This document shows positions 56,870 through 64,000 of a stretch of DNA of 64,000 bases, in pieces; the first letter of the stretch is position 1; every line of letters begins with the position of its first letter. Below the pieces are notes generated by a model, which was not told the DNA's origin, made no database searches, and saw only the letters and a list, made by a program, of their open reading frames with translations. The DNA is taken from positions 1-64,000 of IMG/VR virus record IMGVR_UViG_3300032007_000067; one strand, 5' to 3'. Origin of the DNA: a virus (lineage: Duplodnaviria > Caudoviricetes). Made by a program: the position numbers and the translations under genes.

Positions 56870-57328
56870 TCAGTACCCGAATCTTTCTTTTGCAATTGCC
56901 AGTTTTTCCTCGTCCGTAAGAACGCATTTAAACGCATGGAACCGGTTTTTGAATCCGGTAAGTCCGTAATTGGTTTCGATTACATCCACCGTACACCCGA
57001 ATTTCAGTCCGTAAAGTTTCTGAGTATTAATTGTGCCGTTCTGACATTCCGCATTGAACAGTTCTTCTCCCAGACAGGCTTTGAATATCTGATTGCGTAT
57101 GCTATTGCCTATTGCAACCAGTCTTTTATTTTCAGAACTGTAAACCGTTTCGATCTTACAGGTCTCACCGATCTTGCTTTCATCATCAGCTTTCAGAACT
57201 TTGCAGACAATTTCTACAATTTTATCATCGCTGGCGAACCCGTCCCGAACGTATTCAAGAACATACTCCCCCGCCGGTAAAGGATCTTTGAGATCATCAC
57301 TGAGATCAAAACTTGTGTTAATTTTCAT
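56870..57328 (-). CDS. DUF669-like protein
   Basis: D..DPLPAGEY.L, acidic N-terminus, L.G..F...V. Confidence 0.5.
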   Translation of the reverse strand: MKINTSFDLSDDLKDPLPAGEYVLEYVRDGFASDDKIVEIVCKVLKADDESKIGETCKIETVYSSENKRLVAIGNSIRNQIFKACLGEELFNAECQNGTINTQKLYGLKFGCTVDVIETNYGLTGFKNRFHAFKCVLTDEEKLAIAKERFGY

Positions 57329-57981
57329 AATTCGTGCTCCTGTTTCATGCGTTTTTCGGCGTCAATTCTTTCAGCAATTTTATCTGCCATGTGTGTGATA
57401 CGCTCTGCAAATTTATCTGTCCCGTCATTGTCAACCTTGTAAACATATTCCCATTGCAACACCTTTCTTGCCTTTGTGTTATCCGCAATCTGCCGATGTC
57501 CCGCAAGAACGAACTCATACATTTTGAGCCATTCACCTTGCTTCCATGAATCATCGATCCGGTTTCGATTGTCTCTTTTGTCTAAAAACCCTTTCCGGTC
57601 ATATTCCGGTGTTGGACGAATGTAAAAGAGTTCATGCGGTAAAGTACATTCTTCAATATGTGGTAACAATTCCGGATGAAGTGTCAATACGTCCTGATAA
57701 ACAAGAGTGCTGAGACTGTACCGGTCTTGCAGAACCACATCAAACTCTTTCAGTCTTGCTTGCAAAGGTGAGTTCATGTAGCGTCTTGCGATCAATACGG
57801 TAAAAAGCTGAGACAGTTGATCCCGATTGTGAATGACAATATCTTTCAATTTCTGAGTAAAGGAAGATTTCCAGTCGTTCTCCGTTGTCACCAAATAACC
57901 TTTGTCGGTAAGAATTTTTTCAATCATTTTGATTGCCATTGTTTTACCAACACAATCAATTCCTTCAAACGCTATCAGCAT
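57325..57981 (-). CDS. tmk: Thymidylate (dTMP) kinase
   Basis: LIAFEGIDCVGKT P-loop, VVLQDRYSLSTLVYQ. Confidence 0.88.
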   Translation of the reverse strand: MLIAFEGIDCVGKTMAIKMIEKILTDKGYLVTTENDWKSSFTQKLKDIVIHNRDQLSQLFTVLIARRYMNSPLQARLKEFDVVLQDRYSLSTLVYQDVLTLHPELLPHIEECTLPHELFYIRPTPEYDRKGFLDKRDNRNRIDDSWKQGEWLKMYEFVLAGHRQIADNTKARKVLQWEYVYKVDNDGTDKFAERITHMADKIAERIDAEKRMKQEHEL

Positions 57982-58001
57982 ATTATCCTCCCTGTTAAGA
58001 A

Positions 58002-58271
58002 TTATGCTATGAACGCACCATCGCCTTTCTTAAATTTTGCATCGCACTCGATCAGAGCGTTTAACAAAACCTTGTGTCTTGACAGCAGAACAATACATGC
58101 GTCAAGCAATGCGTTGTTTTTCACTTCTTTTACTCCGCACTGATTTTTCACAAGACATTTATGAGAATACTCATTCCGGAAAGCGGTAAGATCGTTCACA
58201 AGACTTTCGGTAATACTTATCTCCTTTTTAAGGTGTTCGATCTTCTGTTCTCTTGTCATGTTTTCAGCCAT
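58002..58271 (-). CDS. Hypothetical protein
   Basis: 89 aa, GAGG RBS; first gene after the 58379 CRP-type promoter. Confidence 0.7.
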   Translation of the reverse strand: MAENMTREQKIEHLKKEISITESLVNDLTAFRNEYSHKCLVKNQCGVKEVKNNALLDACIVLLSRHKVLLNALIECDAKFKKGDGAFIA

Positions 58272-58378
58272 TAAAAACCTCTTGTCAATATTGTAAAACC
58301 TGTTGACTTTTGTCAGTCAGATAAAGCAGATACAGTTTAATCCCGCTTTGTATTTTTCGCAAAACTTTTATTGTTTTA

Positions 58379-58394
58379 TGTGATAACTGTCACA
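58379..58394 (-). promoter_or_regulatory. CRP-type box
   Basis: TGTGA-TAACTG-TCACA, perfect; 39 nt upstream of TAAACT, with -35 TTGCGA and a 17-nt spacer. Confidence 0.75.
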
Positions 58395-58412
58395 TGATTT
58401 CATTACGGCAAT

Positions 58413-58485
58413 AAAAAAGCCGGTCAGGAGGATAACCGGCAAAAACGCTAAACAAGGAGTTAATAATCCGCAACGATTATGAACG
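58413..58485 (-). ncRNA. Candidate small RNA of about 73 nt
   Basis: Promoter TTGACA-17-TAGTAT (58520-58492); terminator GCCGGT/ACCGGC plus 6 T; no ORF; contains AACUCCUUG and UAUCCUCCUG. Confidence 0.55.
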
Positions 58486-58520
58486 TAAACAATACTAGCA
58501 GATATTTATCACCATGTCAA

Positions 58521-58736
58521 TTAATCCCGATTCTTTTTATTGCCAAGCTGATAAACAATCATACATGACGCAATATCCACAAGCATCTGATCGGTTCTTG
58601 TTCCCATAGCAAGCATGACTAATTTTTGTTTCAAGGAGTTTTCAATCTGACTTTGAGACACTCGCTGTTTCATCAGATACAAAGCGTTTTCTTTGATGGC
58701 GTCCGTATATTCTGCAACATCATTTTCCCTTGCCAT
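58521..58736 (-). CDS. Hypothetical protein
   Basis: 71 aa; last gene of the Gly-rich module. Confidence 0.65.
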   Translation of the reverse strand: MARENDVAEYTDAIKENALYLMKQRVSQSQIENSLKQKLVMLAMGTRTDQMLVDIASCMIVYQLGNKKNRD

Positions 58737-58737
58737 A

Positions 58738-59301
58738 TCAGTTTATCCCCAAAGCGTTCATGTCAATATCGGGTTCACTGACGGTGGATTCATGATGGTT
58801 GTCAATATTTTCAAGCATTTCCACCCCGCATAAAGCCGACAGTTTACTCACTCTGCTGTCCTGTATCTGAGCGGTATAAACGTTCGCCCGTCTCCATTCA
58901 TTCCCGCTTATCATCTGCGGAGTGAACTGAGCGTTATTTTTTGTGCTGAACCACTGATAAAGCACCCGAACGGGACGTTCTGTTTCAACCCTCGGACGCT
59001 TTATGCCTTCAACAACGTAAATGAATACCTTGCCGTTTGAGTTCGGAAAATCATGGTTCCAGTAGTCGGTGATCTGCACAAACTGAGGATCGGGAACTTC
59101 AACACTGGCGTCATTTGCCGACTTAACCAGTCTCCACGTCTTTCCGTCAGAATCTTTAAATTCCCGTGTGATATTGAAGTTCATCATTTGCCTGAGACCG
59201 AGAATACCCACAGTTTGCATATTCATCTGAATATCGGTACTGGTATTCCCGGTCAGTCCGGGTATGGTATTTACAAGCGCATTGTAATTATTTGCCGTCA
59301 T
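58738..59301 (-). CDS. Hypothetical protein
   Basis: 187 aa, GGAG RBS. Confidence 0.72.
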   Translation of the reverse strand: MTANNYNALVNTIPGLTGNTSTDIQMNMQTVGILGLRQMMNFNITREFKDSDGKTWRLVKSANDASVEVPDPQFVQITDYWNHDFPNSNGKVFIYVVEGIKRPRVETERPVRVLYQWFSTKNNAQFTPQMISGNEWRRANVYTAQIQDSRVSKLSALCGVEMLENIDNHHESTVSEPDIDMNALGIN

Positions 59302-59635
59302 GCTTATAAAGTCTCCATGCGTTCAATAAAGCTACTGAAAGATGGTAAATATTTTCTTCCCATCCTTTCATATCGCCTATTTTAGCACACTTCATAAGTT
59401 CGTCATATTCCATCTTGATAATATCATTTGCCCCAACAATATTCTTAGCGTATGCTTTCCATGTTTCGGGACGGTTTTCATCAACTTCATGACAATGCTT
59501 CATGTATTCCCAATCCGGATTACTTTCGTTATCACATGGATCATTGTTCTTTGCAACGGTTTTAACATTGCTTTCATGATCGCTGTGATGAGCGTCAGTG
59601 TGTTTAACAACTACAATTCCTCGTATCATACACAT
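59288..59635 (-). CDS. His/Cys-rich helical protein
   Basis: HTDAHHSDHE; EYDEL...K.GD...WEE..HL is weakly reminiscent of MazG or ferritin-like helices. Confidence 0.7.
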   Translation of the reverse strand: MCMIRGIVVVKHTDAHHSDHESNVKTVAKNNDPCDNESNPDWEYMKHCHEVDENRPETWKAYAKNIVGANDIIKMEYDELMKCAKIGDMKGWEENIYHLSVALLNAWRLYKHDGK

Positions 59636-59656
59636 ACCCTCATTCTATCCAGTTAC

Positions 59657-59680
59657 TAAAAAAGGGGATTACTCCCCTTT
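59657..59680 (-). terminator. Intrinsic terminator after the Gly-rich gene
   Basis: AAAGGGGA/TCCCCTTT stem plus T tract. Confidence 0.7.
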
Positions 59681-59697
59681 CTCTATCTTCGTTCCAA

Positions 59698-60435
59698 TTA
59701 CGCCCCTGCGGTAGTAGTGGCAGGTTTCAGTGCATTGATAATGGTAGTTACCGCATTACCAAGTGCCTGAGTAGTGAAGATCTGATTAGCAAGAACCGCC
59801 TCACGGGCACGAGACTGATTCAGTTCATCAACCTTGTTCTGATACTGGATCTCTCTCTGAAGTTCACGATTTGCACAACCCTCACGCTCAATAGCAGTCT
59901 TTACCTCACAACAACAAGCCTGTTGCTGAGAAGCCAACTGCTGTGCCTGTAAGCGAGACTGATACCCCTGTTCGGTAATGTTGTTATTCAGAACGCCAAC
60001 ACCCTGATTGATAGTAGTATTTACACCACCAAAACCCTGACACATAGCAAGGTTAGTAGCACCCTGAGTCTGAGTCTGAGTAAGAGTATTCTGAAAAATT
60101 CCGGCCTGAGTATCACGAGCATTTGCATTGATAGCACCAACGATAGCGTCACCAGTGTTATTTACAAGATTGCCTACAAACTGATTACTGTTAGCAGTCT
60201 GCATCAGAAGGTCACGATCAGCGTTAGCGATCTGAGTCTGAACATTGCCAAGCTGATTAGCGATACCGTTGATTGCTCCGGTATCATAGCCGACACCAGC
60301 ACGATTACCACCCCAGCCACCAAAACCATTACCAAACAAAGCACCGCCGATAATACCGCCGATGAATCCTGAGCCAAGACCGCCGAATCCCATTCCGGAC
60401 GGCTGATCAAGGATAGTATGAGTTACTTCGTCCAT
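59698..60435 (-). CDS. Gly-rich N-terminus, Q/N coiled-coil, CCC-motif protein
   Basis: GFGGLGSGFIGGIIGGALFGNGFGGWGG; AMCQGF; QQQACCCEVK; family recalled from gut phages, function unknown. Confidence 0.85.
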   Translation of the reverse strand: MDEVTHTILDQPSGMGFGGLGSGFIGGIIGGALFGNGFGGWGGNRAGVGYDTGAINGIANQLGNVQTQIANADRDLLMQTANSNQFVGNLVNNTGDAIVGAINANARDTQAGIFQNTLTQTQTQGATNLAMCQGFGGVNTTINQGVGVLNNNITEQGYQSRLQAQQLASQQQACCCEVKTAIEREGCANRELQREIQYQNKVDELNQSRAREAVLANQIFTTQALGNAVTTIINALKPATTTAGA

Positions 60436-60486
60436 TTTGCAATCCTTAATAAAAATTAAAAAACCGTATCTTTTGGATACGGCTAT

Positions 60487-60515
60487 ATTTTATACTGATA
60501 CTGAGATCAATGCAA
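60487..60515 (-). promoter_or_regulatory. Sigma70 promoter of the Gly-rich gene
   Basis: TTGCAT-17 nt-TAAAAT; +1 overlaps the upstream terminator hairpin (60464-60482). Confidence 0.7.
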
Positions 60516-60529
60516 AATGGGTATAAAAA

Positions 60530-60805
60530 CTATGCTAATATGACAACAAGCAAAAAAGAATTATCATCAATGCAAAAAGTCATACCTTCGTCATTGGTGG
60601 CGTCTCTGTCAAGAAAACATTCAACATGAAAGGAATCACAGACATCTTCAATCATTCTCACAACATCATCGGCAGATTCATATTCATTGCTGTCAACGGT
60701 AAGTTCAACGTTATCTTCATCATCGGTTCTCACGTAACCCTTGCGACATAAGGCTGAAACAAACCTGTCATACAGCATAAAACACCTCGCAATAAAATAT
60801 TTCAA
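60530..60805 (-). CDS. Small acidic protein
   Basis: 91-aa ORF; GAGG RBS supports MLYDR near 60778. Confidence 0.55.
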   Translation of the reverse strand: MKYFIARCFMLYDRFVSALCRKGYVRTDDEDNVELTVDSNEYESADDVVRMIEDVCDSFHVECFLDRDATNDEGMTFCIDDNSFLLVVILA

Positions 60806-60944
60806 ACATTAAAAATGCAGACAGGCGATAATGAATTTATGCAACGGGATCTGTTGCACACTACCTGTCTGCTCCTTTCACCAATAGAGAATGTAAAGCA
60901 ATTATAACACATTCTCATAAAACACAACACCAAGCTTCTGTAAT

Positions 60945-60960
60945 CGTGATTAATCTCACG
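60945..60960 (-). promoter_or_regulatory. CRP-like palindrome
   Basis: CGTGA-TTAATC-TCACG; 38 nt upstream of extended -10 TGt-TATAAT. Confidence 0.55.
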
Positions 60961-60994
60961 TTATTTGATTAATCAGCCATAAACTGTTATCAGA

Positions 60995-61474
60995 TTACAG
61001 ATTAAATTCCTGCTGAATCAGGTTTATTCTCTGTCTCCAATAAGCCCTCTGTAGTTTATCCGGAGCATACTCTTCCTCAGTTAATTGCCCCTCTGCATAC
61101 TTGATAGCTTTATAGTCAGTATCAGAGAGTTGTTTCTTAAGCTGAGTAATTTCTAAGCGATATTGATCCTTGAGCTTATCTTCCTCCGTTTTCATGGGAC
61201 AAAGTTCTTTCTTGTAAGTCCATCCGTTAATATCAGATTGCTGAGTATCTTCTATTGCGATGTAATTATTCTCAATATCCCATCCTGACTTATAGGCTAA
61301 TTCTGCTGATTGAGTAAAACTGCCTAAATGACCATCAGGATACATTTTCTCATAAAAATAAACATTCTCCGGTGCATTGCTCCAAGGGTAAGTAATAGGA
61401 GATTCATAAATTCCATCATCAATGGAGTGAATACCCTCTAACTCATTAAATTCAATTTCTGTGTTTTCTGTCAT
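60995..61474 (-). CDS. Tail fibre-associated (assembly/chaperone-like) protein
   Basis: Directly after the fibre; LK..L..TDYK.IKY.EG.L..EEY......R..WR..IN pattern. Confidence 0.65.
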   Translation of the reverse strand: MTENTEIEFNELEGIHSIDDGIYESPITYPWSNAPENVYFYEKMYPDGHLGSFTQSAELAYKSGWDIENNYIAIEDTQQSDINGWTYKKELCPMKTEEDKLKDQYRLEITQLKKQLSDTDYKAIKYAEGQLTEEEYAPDKLQRAYWRQRINLIQQEFNL

Positions 61475-61483
61475 ATTTGCTCC

Positions 61484-64000
61484 TTAGACGTTTCCTAGAC
61501 AAGGATAAAAACGAGCATAAAATAATGTTCCGCAAACCGTTCTAATGCGAACTCTGTTACCTGCTACAAGCGGAAGCATTCCGAAAATCGTATTGATATT
61601 AGCAGGAGCGAAACTCGCTCCCCATCCGTTATTTCTATCGCAGTACATACTGAGGGAGGGAGAATTGTTCCCCACGCATACACTGATCCAGCCGTTAACA
61701 GCCGGTGTGTAGAAATTATCTGTTCCATCCAGATTAGTTATATTACCGGAAATATCCGCAAAAGATGCAGCATCAGGTAAACTCAACGCCCCCGGATTCA
61801 CGCCGTTGAGGGTTTTCCATTTGTTTGTGGATGTGCCGAGATCAGTAACATTATTAGTGATAGGCTTTAAACTGTTTTCATTACCGTCATTTGTAACCCT
61901 GACCGCCTCCATCATATCCATGATCAGATAATGCGGGGCTACTCTCCATAAATTAAATGATGAATCGGGTGTATAGCCATCATTAGTGTCTCCTTTCTTA
62001 TCTGTAGATCTCACAAGTTTAAATTGAGCGTTTCTATCCGGAGAAGCTCCTGTTGAGTAACCAGCAAACAAAAAGGTACCATATGACGAATAATTTGAGC
62101 TGCCACGAGTATTAAAAAATATTGTATTACTATTTGCAGAAAATCCTAATGTTGGATCGTTTAACGAAGATATACTTGATAACGGAGCATTTTTATTAAA
62201 TCTGTTATTTTCAGACCACGCATTTACTTTATCCAACCCCCAAGCAGTCCCATTATAATAGTAGTTCTTTGCATAGAGGTTGTTCCATTGATGTGTAGAA
62301 TCACCTATATTAAATGTCTCAGTTGTGTAAGGATAAAGCGAGTTATTAACATATCCACTCCAATTAAAATAAGAAGTACCATTTGAAGTAATCGTCTGTT
62401 TAACACCCTGATAAGCCTGAGTTCCTGTAGGATCAAGTGCTCCATTTTTATATTTGTTTGACACAAGCATTTCAATAGAGATGTCACCGCTTGTATCATA
62501 TTGATGTCTTAACCAACCGATATTAACTCCGTTTTTATCCTTAAATAACAGTCCGTTGCGATTTTGGGCATTTGGAGCAACGCCTATCTCAGTACCGTCA
62601 ATAACAATATTTTGATACTTAGTATAGGTATTATCACCTGTCCACACATTAGCAGAATTAAACAAATCCGTAATATCTGCCTTGCTATGTGTATGAGCAA
62701 CCGGGGTTCTTGCGTTTGATAACCTACTGTCATTTCCTTCGCAGAAAGTATTTGCGGCATTTCCGAAACTGCCTGCCTGAACAACGCCGCCAGTTCCGGT
62801 AATTAAAGGAAGGTTTGCGGTTGTTCCTAACTTTCCGTCATTCGTAATACTGCCGTGAACGTGGTTTGATGCTGAAAATTCGGAAGCATTGTGAGTTGCA
62901 ATATCTCCGAATGCGGTTGTGCCGAGATAATATGAATCAGCATAAACAGATTTCCATTTATTAGAAGATGTGCCTAAATCTATAACAGAATTTGTTGGTT
63001 TAACTGAATCTGGATTGAAAGAAACTTCGACTGAGGTAGTTCCATCATTTGATTTTATTTTTGATGAGCCATCATCTTTTAAAACGAATTCCGCACCATC
63101 ATACCAATTAGCATTTCTTAAATGCCCTATTTCTAACTTATCATTATAGCTTCTGATTACAGTTCTTGAAAGCCCTGTATTATCATTAAATCTGATATTG
63201 CAAGAACCTGAAGAAGTTCCTTTTTGAATGGATAAGTCTACATTTGTTGAATTTGAAAAAGTCTTGGTTCCTGAAATCGTCTCATTTCCTGTCTTATGAA
63301 CAACCCCAGAATCATCTGCTTTTGCATTCAGTTGTGTCTGAATTGCAGATGTAACCCCTGAAAGATATCCAAGTTCCGTATCCGTAACCGAAGAAACCGT
63401 GATTTTCTTAGAGGAATCTGAAATCAGAGCACGAGAAGCAGTCGGAAGTTTACCGTCATTACTCACGTTGCCGTGAGTATGACTTGAAGGCGTAAAACTT
63501 GAAGGTTTGCCTGTAACACCAGACCACGGTACTGAAGTTGCCGAACCGGCAGTAAATTCAGTATAACCATCAGCAGAATCAAGTTTTGTTTCATCAGTAA
63601 CAACATACATCACGCCGGTATCAAGTTGCTGAACCGTATCCCCTAACTGAACATCATCAGTTGTCAGGGCGAATCTTGCGGCTTGATCCGCAACCTTTAC
63701 AAGCCTTTCAAGTGATCCTTTCGGCAATCTTGCAATATCAATAGTCCCACTTGTGATCTTGCTTGCGTCTAAATTCGGTATTCTTGCGATATTGAAAGTG
63801 CCGGAGGTTACATCGCTTGCGGCATGAGTATGAACAAGCGGAGCCTTGCCATCAAGTTCAGATTTTACAACCTTGTTCTGCAAAGCGTTTTCAGACGTTG
63901 CTGACAGTTCATTGTCAATAGGATTGTGCTGCGTGAGAAAGCCCGCATCGTTATCAAGTTCAGAAGTCTTTGTCGGTATTGCCAGATTAGCCGTTACATT
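61484..64000 (-). CDS. Tail fibre protein, 5' truncated by the window edge
   Basis: Frame stays open from 63883 to 64000 (NVTANLAIPTKTSELDNDAGF...); HTH/HVH metal repeats; three P....LG.S..KW..LY junctions. Confidence 0.88.
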   Translation of the reverse strand, partial: NVTANLAIPTKTSELDNDAGFLTQHNPIDNELSATSENALQNKVVKSELDGKAPLVHTHAASDVTSGTFNIARIPNLDASKITSGTIDIARLPKGSLERLVKVADQAARFALTTDDVQLGDTVQQLDTGVMYVVTDETKLDSADGYTEFTAGSATSVPWSGVTGKPSSFTPSSHTHGNVSNDGKLPTASRALISDSSKKITVSSVTDTELGYLSGVTSAIQTQLNAKADDSGVVHKTGNETISGTKTFSNSTNVDLSIQKGTSSGSCNIRFNDNTGLSRTVIRSYNDKLEIGHLRNANWYDGAEFVLKDDGSSKIKSNDGTTSVEVSFNPDSVKPTNSVIDLGTSSNKWKSVYADSYYLGTTAFGDIATHNASEFSASNHVHGSITNDGKLGTTANLPLITGTGGVVQAGSFGNAANTFCEGNDSRLSNARTPVAHTHSKADITDLFNSANVWTGDNTYTKYQNIVIDGTEIGVAPNAQNRNGLLFKDKNGVNIGWLRHQYDTSGDISIEMLVSNKYKNGALDPTGTQAYQGVKQTITSNGTSYFNWSGYVNNSLYPYTTETFNIGDSTHQWNNLYAKNYYYNGTAWGLDKVNAWSENNRFNKNAPLSSISSLNDPTLGFSANSNTIFFNTRGSSNYSSYGTFLFAGYSTGASPDRNAQFKLVRSTDKKGDTNDGYTPDSSFNLWRVAPHYLIMDMMEAVRVTNDGNENSLKPITNNVTDLGTSTNKWKTLNGVNPGALSLPDAASFADISGNITNLDGTDNFYTPAVNGWISVCVGNNSPSLSMYCDRNNGWGASFAPANINTIFGMLPLVAGNRVRIRTVCGTLFYARFYPCLGNV

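Noticed and set aside
35338-64000. Diversity-generating retroelement targeting tail proteins
   Set aside because: No reverse transcriptase ORF and no near-identical repeat pair with adenine-specific mismatches was seen; fibre repeats are similar at protein level only.
1-64000. Integrated prophage or lysogeny module
   Set aside because: No integrase, repressor pair, att site or flanking host gene recognised in the window; lifestyle cannot be settled from this segment.

Overview
The whole window is part of a double-stranded DNA tailed bacteriophage genome with a long non-contractile (siphovirus-type) tail. No host genes, integrase or repressor are visible, and the terminase, portal, capsid and lysis genes are not in the window. 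Order, mostly on the minus strand: AT-rich early arm with a beta-clamp-like gene (1-3.3 kb); DnaQ-like exonuclease, nrdG and small early genes (3.6-9.3 kb); dut, folA, RusA-like, thyA and an adenine methyltransferase (9.4-13.2 kb); primase, SF2 helicase, Cas4-like exonuclease, SSB and RecT (13.5-21 kb); plus-strand nrdD split by a 263-nt group I intron immediately before the catalytic Cys (23.1-25.5 kb); a tRNA cluster with 3 canonical and 4 non-canonical tRNA-like elements (26.4-27.0 kb); four genes built from HTH-like repeats (28-30.5 kb); a GalE-like gene and a family-B-type DNA polymerase (31.5-35.3 kb); a complete tail module with a -1 frameshifted chaperone pair (35.3-56.8 kb); tmk; a Gly-rich/CCC module (58.5-60.8 kb); and a mosaic tail fibre running off the right edge. 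The strongest non-coding signals are (1) ten TGTGA-N6-TCACA CRP-type boxes, six perfect, most at a fixed distance upstream of sigma70 -10 boxes; (2) a strand-polarised AAAATCCGTTTT motif, dense at 10.76-11.12 kb and also present inside genes; (3) a promoter- and terminator-bounded small RNA carrying anti-Shine-Dalgarno motifs. By inference from the anaerobic RNR, CRP boxes and sigma70 promoters, the host is probably an anaerobic or facultative gut or rumen gammaproteobacterium. All assignments come from reading motifs by eye; no database search was run.
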